This document shows positions 50,679 through 62,082 of a stretch of 64,000 bases of DNA, piece by piece. The notes beneath the pieces are model-generated. The model was not told the origin of the DNA and made no database searches. It was given only the letters and a program-made list of their open reading frames with translations. Source of the stretch: Acidobacteriota bacterium (GTDB taxonomy: Bacteria > Acidobacteriota > Vicinamibacteria > Vicinamibacterales > JAHECP01); NCBI GenBank assembly GCA_024641665.1, contig JAHECP010000010.1, positions 3,941 through 67,940 on the forward strand. The letters are read 5' to 3'. The translations under genes and the position numbers were made by a program. Numbering within the stretch: the first letter of the stretch is position 1; every line of letters starts with the position of its first letter.

Positions 50679-50746
50679 CCGGCCGGTCACGCAGGACGGC
50701 GGCCGGAGCGCGGTCACCGCCCGAAAGAGGGAGAAAGGAGTCGACG

Positions 50747-53314
<2,568 letters not shown>

Positions 53315-53358
53315 GCAGGTGCCCGGCCGCCTCGATCGCGGGGGCGGTCGGTGGTAGC

Positions 53359-54834
53359 ATGAAAGCGTCTCGCGTTCCGCCGAGAATGCGCTTCAGCTCC
53401 ATGACTTTGGCGAGAGTTGCGCGCCCGTTTCACTGCGCCCTCGCGTCGCTTGCCCTGTTGCTGGCCGGCTGCTCCGGCGCCACCCGCACCGTCGACGGCC
53501 CCGGCTCCGACGTACGCGCCCTGACCGGCGCGCCAACACGCGTCGTCTGGGTACAGAGTGACGGCAGCGATCCGGGAGCGGAGGGGACCCAGCTCATCCT
53601 CATGGGCTTCGATACGCAGGATGGCAAGGGCGAGCGGGTGATCCTGGGCGAACGCCGAAGTTACCACACGCCCATGCTGACGCCGCGCGGCAACCGCATC
53701 GTCTTCTCCAGCCGCATCATTCCCGGACCACCGGAGATCTTCATGGTCAACTGGGACGGCACCGGCAGGCGGAAGCTCGCCGACGGGTTCGCGATGGCCG
53801 TGTGGCAGAACCCCGCCGACGGCGGCGAATGGGTGTACGCCGGGACTGAGAACACGAAGTACGACTTCGCGAAGGTCACGCGGTTTCCGATTGACGCGCC
53901 CGACAGGCGCGAGCTGGTCTGGAACACGTCGATGGTCAGCATGGAAGGCTTCCGGGTGACGGCCGACGGCCGGCGCGCCGGCGGCATGTGGCCCTGGCCG
54001 GATGCGGGCGTCGCCGACCTGGCGAATAAGACGTGGAAGAAGCTGGGCGAGGGGTGCTGGACCTCCCTCACCGACGCGCGCGGGCCGCTCTTCTGGTATT
54101 TCGACGGCGCGCACCGCAACGTGACGATGGTCGACGTCGACACCGGCGCGCGATGGATGGTGAACATCAACAACGCACCAGGATTCAACGGCGCGGAGGT
54201 GTTCCATCCGCGCTGGACGAACCATCCGCGCTTTCTGTCGCTCTCCGGGCCTTACAACCAGGGCGGACCCAACCAGGCCCGCACCGGCGGCCCACAGGTT
54301 GAAGTGTATCTCGGCCGCTTCAGCGCGGACTTCTCGAAGGTCGAGGCGTGGGCCCGCGTGACGAACAACGCAGTGGGCGATTCGCACCCCGACGTCTGGA
54401 TCGACGTCGCCCGCAGCCCGTATCCACAGCGGCCGAGCGGCCGAATCGGGCCCGCCAGTGCGGCGGCCACACGGGCGCCGGGCGGGCCGTCGGTGCCGCC
54501 CGACGCCGGCCAGCTCGTCCTCAACGTGCGCCTGACGCGGCCCAGCTCCATCCCGACGCCGGAGTCGATCCTCCCGTACCGCAACGCGTTGGTGGTGAAC
54601 GAGTACGAGGTCCTGGGCGTTCTCGAAGGGACGTATGCGGAGCGTAGGATCCTCATTGCGCAGTGGGCGATCCGCGACAGCCGCACGCTTGCGGAGGCGC
54701 GGCAGTCCGCCGGTGCGGCGTTCACGCTGACCGTGCATCGCTACGACGCGCACGCGGAGCTGGAAGGCGAGCGGCTCATCCGCGACAGTGAGTCGTCCGG
54801 CCTGCCGCTGTACTACGACGTGACGAAGCCGTAA
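53359..54834 (+). CDS. lipoprotein with a TolB-like beta-propeller region (hypothetical)
   Basis: Lipobox LALLLAGCSG. Contains PMLTPRGNRIVFSS and MVNWDGTGRRKL blade-like motifs. 491 aa. Confidence 0.7.
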   Translation: MKASRVPPRMRFSSMTLARVARPFHCALASLALLLAGCSGATRTVDGPGSDVRALTGAPTRVVWVQSDGSDPGAEGTQLILMGFDTQDGKGERVILGERRSYHTPMLTPRGNRIVFSSRIIPGPPEIFMVNWDGTGRRKLADGFAMAVWQNPADGGEWVYAGTENTKYDFAKVTRFPIDAPDRRELVWNTSMVSMEGFRVTADGRRAGGMWPWPDAGVADLANKTWKKLGEGCWTSLTDARGPLFWYFDGAHRNVTMVDVDTGARWMVNINNAPGFNGAEVFHPRWTNHPRFLSLSGPYNQGGPNQARTGGPQVEVYLGRFSADFSKVEAWARVTNNAVGDSHPDVWIDVARSPYPQRPSGRIGPASAAATRAPGGPSVPPDAGQLVLNVRLTRPSSIPTPESILPYRNALVVNEYEVLGVLEGTYAERRILIAQWAIRDSRTLAEARQSAGAAFTLTVHRYDAHAELEGERLIRDSESSGLPLYYDVTKP

Positions 54835-54859
54835 ACGCGGGTCCCACGCCGGCTGTCCG

Positions 54860-56311
54860 ATGGTCTTCAGCTCGTACCTCTTCCTTTTCTACTTCCTCCC
54901 TGCCGCGCTGCTGCTGTATTACGCCGCGCCACGGCGCGCGCAGCACCTGATCCTGACGACCCTCAGCTACATCTTCTACGGCTGGGCGAACCCGCTCTTC
55001 GTTCCGCTGCTGCTCGGCTCGACCGCCGTCGATTACCTCGCCGGACGGGTGATCGCCCGGCATCCGGCCGTACCCGCGGCGGGCGACGCGGCGGATGCCC
55101 ATCCACGCCGGGCGCGGCCGGCGCGGATCGCGCTCGTGGCGTCGATCTGCAGCAACGTCGGGCTGCTCGGCTTCTTCAAGTACTTCAACTTCGCGGCGGA
55201 GAACCTGGACGCGCTGGCAGCCTGGATCGGCCTGCCGGCGCTGCGGCTCGACTTGGCGTTCAAGGTGACGCTGCCCCTCGGGATCAGCTTCTACACGTTC
55301 CAGTCGATGAGCTACACCATCGACGTCTATCGCGGCCGCGTCGCGGCGGTCCGGAACTTCATCGACTTCGCGTGCTACGTGTCGATGTTCCCGCAACTCG
55401 TGGCAGGCCCCATCATCCGCTTCTCCGAGGTTGCCGACCAGCTCCTGTCGCGGACGCACACGACGACGAAGTTCGCGCGCGGTGTCGCGTTCTTCTGCGT
55501 CGGCCTTGCGAAGAAGGTGCTGCTGGCGAACCCGTGCGGCAAGATCGCCGACCTCGCGTTCGGGGCGGGCTCCCTCGGTCCGCTCGAGGCGTGGTACGGC
55601 GTGACGGCCTATGCGTTCCAGATCTACTTCGATTTCAGCGGCTACTCCGACATGGCCATCGGCCTTGGTCTGATGCTGGGGTTCATGTTCCCGAAGAACT
55701 TCGACTCCCCGTACCGCTCGCAGTCAATCACCGAGTTCTGGCGCCGCTGGCACATCTCGCTCTCCACGTGGTTGCGCGACTACCTGTACGTGCCGCTCGG
55801 CGGGAACCGCATGGGCAGGGCGCGCATGTACGTGAACCTGTTCATCGTGATGCTGCTTGGCGGCCTCTGGCACGGCGCCGCGTGGAATTTTGTGATCTGG
55901 GGGGCGCTGCACGGCGCGCTGCTGGGGTTCGAGCGGCTTCGCGGAAAGACGGCGCTCTACGGCGGCCTTCCCGCACCCGTGCGTGTCGGCGTCACCTTCA
56001 CAATCGTGCTGATCGCATGGGTGTTCTTCCGCGCGCCGGATCTGCCGCAGGCCGTCCGCTACCTGGGCGACATGCTGGCGCTGAGCGACCCGCAGGAGGG
56101 CGTCCGCCTGTTGGCCGGCGTGGTCTACCAGCCGTACTACCTGGGGACATTTCTGCTGGCCGGCGCGATCGTGTGGAGCGCGCCGCAGACGTGGGACTGG
56201 ACGCGGACGCTGACGGGGCCGAGAGCGGCGGCGATCCTGGCCCTGCTGGCGCTGTCAGCCGTGGTCTTGGCCACGCAGGCCTACAACCCGTTCATCTATT
56301 TCATCTTCTGA
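54860..56311 (+). CDS. MBOAT-family membrane O-acyltransferase (AlgI/DltB-like)
   Basis: 483 aa. MVFSSYLFLFYFLPAALLLYY..., FWRRWHISLSTWLRDYLYVPLGGNR and the catalytic-region LWHGAAWNF. Confidence 0.9.
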   Translation: MVFSSYLFLFYFLPAALLLYYAAPRRAQHLILTTLSYIFYGWANPLFVPLLLGSTAVDYLAGRVIARHPAVPAAGDAADAHPRRARPARIALVASICSNVGLLGFFKYFNFAAENLDALAAWIGLPALRLDLAFKVTLPLGISFYTFQSMSYTIDVYRGRVAAVRNFIDFACYVSMFPQLVAGPIIRFSEVADQLLSRTHTTTKFARGVAFFCVGLAKKVLLANPCGKIADLAFGAGSLGPLEAWYGVTAYAFQIYFDFSGYSDMAIGLGLMLGFMFPKNFDSPYRSQSITEFWRRWHISLSTWLRDYLYVPLGGNRMGRARMYVNLFIVMLLGGLWHGAAWNFVIWGALHGALLGFERLRGKTALYGGLPAPVRVGVTFTIVLIAWVFFRAPDLPQAVRYLGDMLALSDPQEGVRLLAGVVYQPYYLGTFLLAGAIVWSAPQTWDWTRTLTGPRAAAILALLALSAVVLATQAYNPFIYFIF

Positions 56312-57705
56312 TGCCGAAGCCCGAGCAGCCAACGCAGACGGCGAGCCTGAGCCGGGAGGAGATCGCCCGGCTCGAGGTGGGCCACACCCGTGTCGCGCCG
56401 GTCACCGCGCGCGTTTTGCTGGCGTTCTTCCTGACGGCCACTGCCGTGGTGCCGATCGTCGAGTGGGCCGGCGTGCGCGCGCTCAGCGCAGAGGGTGTCA
56501 CGACCGCCTGGTCGCACTTGTCCGGTCTGCCGGGCGGGATCCGTGCCCACCTGTCCGGAGCGCCCGCGCCGGCGGCGGACTCCGGTCCGTGGCGCCGCGT
56601 CGTCTCCGCGAACCGGAGCGTGCTCGCGGGCCTGAGTGGGTTCGAGCGCGCGCTGGAGCATGAATCGCTGCTGGGGCGGTCGCTTCGGCCGCCCGCGCAG
56701 CTCGTGCTGACCGGCTGGCTCGGCGTCGGCAACGAGCGCGTCTATCGCGGGCGCGACGGATGGCTGTTCTATCGCCCGGACGTCGAGTACGTCACAGGAC
56801 CAGGATTCCTCGACCCGGCGCAGCTCAGGCGACGCGTCGCCGCAGCATCCGAGTGGACGGCGCCGCCGCAGCCGAATCCTCGCGAGGCGATCGGACAGTT
56901 CCAGCGCGATCTCGAGGCGCGGGGGATCACGCTCGTCGTCATGCCGACGCCGCTCAAGCCGGGCGTCCACCCCGAGATGCTCGCCCGGCGCTATGCCGGC
57001 GCGACGGGCGTGCTGCAGAATCCCTCGTACCGGGCGTTCGTTGAGGACCTCAAGCGCGACGGCGTGCTGGTGTTCGACCCGTCGGAGGCGATGGCCGCCG
57101 CGCGCCGCGCCGGCCCGCAGTACCTCAGGACGGACACGCACTGGCGGCCCGAAACGATGGAAGCGGTGGCGGAACTGCTCGGCGCCTTCATCGCGGCGCA
57201 CGCGCGTCTGCCCGCCACGGCCGATCCCGGCTACCGGCTCGAGCGGCCGGAGGTGCGCAACACTGGAGACATCGCGCGGATGCTGGATCTGCCGGATGAC
57301 GACCCGCTGTTTCCGCCCGAGACGGTCTGGCTGCGGCGCGTCCTCCAGCCGGATGGATCGCCGTGGCGATCGTCGCGCGACGCGGACGTCGTCGTGCTCG
57401 GCGACAGCTTCAGCAACATCTACGCGCTCGAGTCGATGGGCTGGGGGACCTCTGCGGGCTTCGCCGAGCAATTGAGCTACGTGCTGCGGCGGCCGGTCGA
57501 TCGCCTCGTGCAGAACGACGATGGCGCGTTCGCCACGCGTGCCATGCTGCAGCGGGATCCCGGCCGGCTCGACGGGAAGCGGGTGGTCGTCTACCAGTTC
57601 GCCGCGCGCGAGCTGGCGTTCGGCGATTGGAAGGTGATCCCCCTGGCAGCCAGCGTCGAGAGCGTTCCTGCTCTCGCTCGGCCTCCATCAGGCCATCGAC
57701 GGTGA
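56311..57705 (+). CDS. AlgJ/AlgX-like SGNH-fold O-acetyltransferase partner protein
   Basis: This is the last 464 aa of the 777-aa track ORF. The ATG shares one base with the MBOAT stop (TGATG). It has an N-terminal TM, LRTDTHWRPE (the D-x-H-W motif of AlgJ-type proteins) and VVVLGDSFSN. Confidence 0.75.
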   Translation: MPKPEQPTQTASLSREEIARLEVGHTRVAPVTARVLLAFFLTATAVVPIVEWAGVRALSAEGVTTAWSHLSGLPGGIRAHLSGAPAPAADSGPWRRVVSANRSVLAGLSGFERALEHESLLGRSLRPPAQLVLTGWLGVGNERVYRGRDGWLFYRPDVEYVTGPGFLDPAQLRRRVAAASEWTAPPQPNPREAIGQFQRDLEARGITLVVMPTPLKPGVHPEMLARRYAGATGVLQNPSYRAFVEDLKRDGVLVFDPSEAMAAARRAGPQYLRTDTHWRPETMEAVAELLGAFIAAHARLPATADPGYRLERPEVRNTGDIARMLDLPDDDPLFPPETVWLRRVLQPDGSPWRSSRDADVVVLGDSFSNIYALESMGWGTSAGFAEQLSYVLRRPVDRLVQNDDGAFATRAMLQRDPGRLDGKRVVVYQFAARELAFGDWKVIPLAASVESVPALARPPSGHRR

Positions 57706-58001
57706 CCGCAAGGAACGGCTGTTCGGGATTCTGCCGTGACAGGCCCAGAGCCGAGAGCCAGGAGCCAATCGTCACACCAACATTTCGTTCTCTCAGTCTT
57801 ACCCCCATTACCTGGGTACAAGGTCAAGGTCCGGCTCGCCGTACGTTGTTTGAGACAGGCGCTGTTTGAAACCAGACAGGACGAGGATGGGCGGATTACC
57901 GATAGCCCTGATTGGACCACATCGCGCCGGTGTTCGGGTCCAGTTGCCCCTTTTTCCTTGGGTACGTCTTTTGCCTCTCCGTCCGTAATAGGAGATCGAC
58001 G

Positions 58002-58322
58002 ATGGAAGGCCTGATCACGTTTCTGCTGTTCGGGGCGCTCTTCTTCGTGCTGATGCGCTTCGGGTGCGGGGCGCACGTGCACGGTGGTCATGGCGGTCAC
58101 GGCAGTCCGGGGGAAGCCGAGGGCCACGCCGGACACGGTCAGAGTGGCGGGCTCACCTCCGCCGGTTCGATAGATCCCGTGTGTGACATGGACGTCGCGG
58201 AGGGTCAGGGCTATGCCAAGATGCACGAGGGAAAGGCCTTCCGATTCTGCTCTCGGCGCTGCCTGGATCAATTCGAATCGAATCCCGAGCGATACGTCGC
58301 CCAGGAAGGAGGACGGTCATGA
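58002..58322 (+). CDS. membrane-anchored His-rich YHS/TRASH-domain protein
   Basis: ATG follows AGGAG. TM helix (LITFLLFGALFFVLMRF), His/Gly-rich stretch (HVHGGHGGHGSPGEAEGHAGHG), then DPVCDMDV...FRFCSRRCLDQF. Confidence 0.75.
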   Translation: MEGLITFLLFGALFFVLMRFGCGAHVHGGHGGHGSPGEAEGHAGHGQSGGLTSAGSIDPVCDMDVAEGQGYAKMHEGKAFRFCSRRCLDQFESNPERYVAQEGGRS

Positions 58323-58591
58323 AGCAGGGGCTCTCGCTGACCGCGTTCGGGCACGCGACCAGCCTGTTGCTGGCGATCAGCTTCGTGTTGTGCGTCGCGT
58401 TCGATTTGGTGTTTCCGTCGCACGCGATGTTTCGGACCTGGCAGGCGCTGCTCCCGGGCTTCAGGTGGCTCACCTGGGGCAGCTTCTTCCTCGGCCTGGT
58501 CGAGGCGTACGGCTATGGCTGGTACGTCGCCCTCGTGTGGGTCCCGATCTACAACGTCTTCGCCGTGCGGCGCGCGGGTCTCACCTCCTGA
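58319..58591 (+). CDS. small two/three-TM membrane protein (hypothetical)
   Basis: 90 aa. ATGA overlap with the preceding YHS gene. Hydrophobic throughout. Confidence 0.6.
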   Translation: MKQGLSLTAFGHATSLLLAISFVLCVAFDLVFPSHAMFRTWQALLPGFRWLTWGSFFLGLVEAYGYGWYVALVWVPIYNVFAVRRAGLTS

Positions 58592-58739
58592 CCCCGCGCG
58601 GCAGCGGCACGGTCATGACAGGAAGCGTTCGCCCGGGTGTCGATCTGCGTCAAACCTCGGAGCGTGATTCTGAATCCGGATGAGAGGGAATCCCAGCGCG
58701 CGCCGGTTTCGCGCGCCTGTCGGCAGAGAGGGTGGCAGA

Positions 58740-59216
58740 ATGAAGAAGGCACTCGCGGCGGTTCTCTTGACGTCCTTCGTGGCCGCCTGTGGCGGCGCGT
58801 CTCCCGCGTCGCCGTCCTCGCCGGTGGCCGCGATGTCCGTGGCGGGCACGTGGGTCGGCAGCCCGTCGGACTCGAGCAGCGCTCTGGGTCCGGGCAACGT
58901 GATGGGGCAGGCCGGCATGGGCGCGATGACGTGGCAGCTCACCGCGAGCGGTTCCACGATCACGGGCACGATCGGCTTCGCCGACATGCACGGCGGGGCG
59001 CCCGGTTCCTTCTCGGGCACGATGTCCGACGACGAGGACTTCACCTTCACGCTGGACATGGCGATGGCGAGCATGATGTCGTCCGGGTGCGTGGCGCACG
59101 CCACGGGCACCGCGCACGTCGACGGCACCGTGATGACGATCACGGGCGCGTACGCCGGGTCGAACACGTGCTACGGGAGCTTCACCGACGGCCACTTCAC
59201 GATGACGCACCAGTGA
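58740..59216 (+). CDS. Met-rich lipoprotein (hypothetical, possible metal binding)
   Basis: Lipobox LLTSFVAACGG. Met clusters NVMGQAGMGAM and LDMAMASMMSSGC. Confidence 0.65.
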   Translation: MKKALAAVLLTSFVAACGGASPASPSSPVAAMSVAGTWVGSPSDSSSALGPGNVMGQAGMGAMTWQLTASGSTITGTIGFADMHGGAPGSFSGTMSDDEDFTFTLDMAMASMMSSGCVAHATGTAHVDGTVMTITGAYAGSNTCYGSFTDGHFTMTHQ

Positions 59217-59297
59217 CTGGGGGCACGCGCCTCGCGCGCCACACCCGTCCGGCCTCCTGACCTCTCGTGAGTCGCCTGCGGCGGACCTCCGTCGGCC

Positions 59298-59465
59298 TCA
59301 GTGCTGAGGGCCAGGACCGCCAGCGGCCGCGTAGCGGCCGGGATTGGCGTCGAACTTGGTCCTGCAGGATGCACTGCAGAAGTAGTAGGTGGCTCCCTTG
59401 TGGGTGCTCGTCCCAGCAGCCTTCTTTTCGTCCACCGCCATTCCGCACACCGGATCCTTGGCCAT
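59298..59465 (-). CDS. small YHS/TRASH-domain protein (55 aa, below the ORF-track size cut-off)
   Basis: Own translation: MAKDPVCGMAVDEKKAAGTSTHKGATYYFCSASCRTKFDANPGRYAAAGGPGPQH*. RBS GAGAGG lies 7 nt upstream. Confidence 0.75.
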   Translation of the reverse strand: MAKDPVCGMAVDEKKAAGTSTHKGATYYFCSASCRTKFDANPGRYAAAGGPGPQH

Positions 59466-59531
59466 GATTCACCTCTCGCGTGCATCGAAACATGCCGCGC
59501 TCCATCGAACCGGAGACGCGACGTAACGAGA

Positions 59532-59795
59532 TCAAGCCGGGTTGCCCGGCGACTGCCAGACGCCCAACGAGCGTTTCCGCTGCCGCTCACGTGGGAACAA
59601 CAGCGGCACCTCGGCCCGGTAGACCCGGCATCTGTCGCCTGACCGTTCAATCATAACCGCTCCTCTGGGATGGGGCCCGCCGGGCGCCATTCGCGCCGGC
59701 CTTTCGGTGTCGAGGACCGATACAGGGCTCAAGACGCGATCACACTCGTGACGATCGAGCGGTCCCGGCAACCAGACCTGCGCCGCATCGCTCAT
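59532..59795 (-). CDS. hypothetical protein
   Basis: 87-aa ORF preceded by GAGGAGG-N5-ATG, with GC-rich third codon positions. No recognisable motif. Confidence 0.35.
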   Translation of the reverse strand: MSDAAQVWLPGPLDRHECDRVLSPVSVLDTERPARMAPGGPHPRGAVMIERSGDRCRVYRAEVPLLFPRERQRKRSLGVWQSPGNPA

Positions 59796-59828
59796 CGACG
59801 CCTCCTCACGGAAGCCGGGTGGGCCGAC

Positions 59829-60066
59829 TCACGTCGTGCCGAACTTGCCCGGTTCTCTCTCGCGAACGTGGTGGAACTGCTCCACTGGCATCACGGCCAC
59901 CACGCCGGAGCACGCGGAGCGCTTGATGGGCACGTGGATCGCCAGCGTGCCCGATCGCGCGTCGTGACCGTCGAATGCGCCACCGGCGTCGAACCGAGGG
60001 CGCGACCCGCAGGATCAGGCCGATGGACGCCAGCCAGAACCACCAGTCATGCAGGACGTTCGCCAT
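59829..60066 (-). pseudogene. small membrane-anchored hypothetical gene with an apparent +1 frameshift
   Basis: MANVLHDWWFWLASIGLILRVAPS has good GC3 bias. The bias then moves to the next frame (FDAGGAFDGHDARSGTLAIHVPIKRSACSGVVAVMPVEQFHHVREREPGKFGTT*), with the switch near 59990. Confidence 0.3.
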
Positions 60067-60156
60067 CGGATCCTCGCGGCTTGCCGGGTCAGGGCGCAGC
60101 CGCCGACCCCGGTGCCGCGTGCTGGCAGCGGCACCACGTGCAGTCGCACCCCTCCA

Positions 60157-61243
60157 TCACACAGAGGACTCGGTCCGGCGCGAGCGGATGCCGTGGTGCG
60201 CCCAGGGGTAGAGCAGGCGGCCGGCCAGTGAAGTGCCGTAGTAGTCGCGCAGCTGCGCGCGGACGTCGGGCGCGCGGTCGAGAAGATGGAGGAGCGCGGC
60301 GTACCCACGGTCGCCGAACCTCGCGTACAGGTAGCGGTTGACGATGCCCCTGCGAAGCTGCCCGCCGAGCCTCGACTGCCACGAGCGGTCGTACAGAGCC
60401 AGATCCCCGCTCAGCGCCGCGCGCGCGGCCAGGCACCCCGACACCATCGCGTAGCGCATGCCGAAGCCCCACAGCGGATCCTGAAAACCCGCCGCTTCGC
60501 CGGCGAACAGCACGCAGCCGCGCCGGGCGGTCTGCGGCACGGTGAAGTTGCCGGTGCCTCCGAACCGCCGCGGATTCATGATGTCGATGCCGACCCGATC
60601 CTGGAAGAACGCCACCGTCCGCTCGAGGGACGTGCGCTCGTTGTGAAAGTCGTCGAAGAGGCAGACGGCGACGGTGCCCAGGCCCCCCTGCACGAGAAGG
60701 TAGGCGTAGCCCTTCGGAGCCAGGTGGTCCCCGACGGCGCCGTACGTGGCATCCGCGGCGTCGGTGTCGAAGACGTAGCCGACGGCGATGGCGTCGGCGC
60801 CGCGCGGACCGGCGGCGACGATCCCGCCTTCGGGCAGGTGTGGCTTCGGATCCTTGAAGCGGATCTCGACCCCGCAGTCGAGCGCCTGCGCCTTCAGGCT
60901 GGCGTCGAGCGTGCCGGGACCGGACCCTCGCCGCACGAGGTAGTACAGCGGCTTCGGCGAGCGGTAGCGGTGCGGGCGTCCGGCCGGGTCGAAGACCACC
61001 GTCTCGTGGAACGGGGCATGGTCGAAGTCCATCTCGATGCCGAACGACGCCAGCTCGTCGAGCACGTCGCGGGCCGTCGTCCAGTTCTCGAGACCCTGAA
61101 AGTCGTCGTGGAAGCGACCGCCGACCTCGGGCGCGCGCTCGTGCACGATGGCATGCCGGCCCGACCGGGCGATCGACATCGCGGCTGCGAGGCCGGCTGG
61201 ACCGGCGCCAACGATGTGAACCGGTGTGCGATCGGGGGGGCAC
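60157..61243 (-). CDS. FAD-dependent oxidoreductase (geranylgeranyl-reductase-like), start disrupted by a C7 tract
   Basis: Rossmann motif VHIVGAGPAGLAAAMSIARSG, GGRFHDD and LFAGEAAGFQDPLWGFGM. The only well-placed start (AGGGAG-N7-GTG at 61243) is one nucleotide out of frame because of the C7 run at 61234-61240. Confidence 0.8.
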
Positions 61244-61268
61244 GTGTCAGCTCCCTCGCTCGAGCGAC

Positions 61269-61874
61269 TCAGTGCTTCGCGTGGCCGCCGCCGCCGCCGC
61301 CGCCGTGGCCGGCGTGCACCCGTTGGGTGTGCGCGCGGTTCGCTACCTGCGTCTCGCCGTGCGCGCCGACGTCGGCGTGGGCGTGCCACGACACGGGAGC
61401 GTGGCGATACCGCGCGTAGGCCCACGACAGCAACGCGACGACTCCGAGCCAGAGCCACCAGCTGTTCGTCAACCAATCCATCATCGCGCCGCCGACGAGC
61501 GCGCCACCCACCTTGCCGCCACCCATGGCTGCGCCGCCCATCATGCCGTTGCCCATGAGGGCGCTTCCCATGCCACCTCCCATCGCGGCTCCGCCCATCG
61601 CTCCCTCGAAGAGCCCGGAGAATCGCCGCTCCAGCTCGGCGACGAAGGCCGAGAACGTGCCGGTTCGGGCATCGTCCTGCCAACGCAGGTTCTTCAGGGG
61701 CGACCGGCCGTCGACCGACTGGCACGCCGACGAATCCGCCGGCTGTCGCATCTGAGACACCGGCTGCACGCGCCGGCTGGTGTCTGGTGGTTGCAGCTGT
61801 GCGGCCGAGGCCGCACCAACGGCGCCGAACAGCGCGACTGCCGCTGCGATCCCGAGAATCATCTTGCGTTTCAT
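61269..61874 (-). CDS. secreted/membrane Met-Gly-rich and His-rich protein (hypothetical, likely metal binding)
   Basis: Start at ATG 61874 (MKRKMILGIAAAVALFGAVGAASA). Met/Gly-rich stretch GAMGGAAMGGGMGSALMGNGMMGGAAMGGG, one TM helix (WWLWLGVVALLSWAY), and a C-terminal tail HAHADVGAHGE...HAGHGGGGGGGHAKH. Confidence 0.6.
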   Translation of the reverse strand: MKRKMILGIAAAVALFGAVGAASAAQLQPPDTSRRVQPVSQMRQPADSSACQSVDGRSPLKNLRWQDDARTGTFSAFVAELERRFSGLFEGAMGGAAMGGGMGSALMGNGMMGGAAMGGGKVGGALVGGAMMDWLTNSWWLWLGVVALLSWAYARYRHAPVSWHAHADVGAHGETQVANRAHTQRVHAGHGGGGGGGHAKH

Positions 61875-62082
61875 TGCTATCACACTCCGTAACCAACGCG
61901 GTGTCCACCCAGTCACGGTTGCAACGGACGTACCGTTCCCCGGAGATGCGCGCCCCAGAACGCCCGATGCGTGAGTCACAAACGGTCAGATGACGCCCTC
62001 GGGGCGGCCGTCCCGTTTCAGGAATGACGTACGGCGGCGCCTCGGCGCTGGTGGAGGGCCGTCCGGCTCGGACGCCGGGGCA

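Noticed and set aside
50345-50746. N-terminal 134-codon extension of the copA ORF
   Set aside because: It overlaps the PII-like gene in another frame, is Arg/Gly/Ala-rich, and has no ribosome-binding site. ATG 50747 has AAGGAG upstream and begins the TRASH domain.
57706-58001. Non-coding RNA or operator in the lower-GC 296-nt gap upstream of the YHS operon (repeated TGTTTGA(G/A)AC, TGGGTACGTCTTTTGCC)
   Set aside because: The sigma-54-like match has the wrong spacing by one nucleotide. I could find no MerR/CueR-type dyad and no convincing conserved secondary structure. It is recorded only as unexplained DNA.
60157-61908. 583-aa version of the oxidoreductase ORF
   Set aside because: The upstream about 220 codons overlap the Met/His-rich protein gene in another frame and are Arg-rich and low in complexity. 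The domain begins at the Rossmann motif just downstream of 61243.
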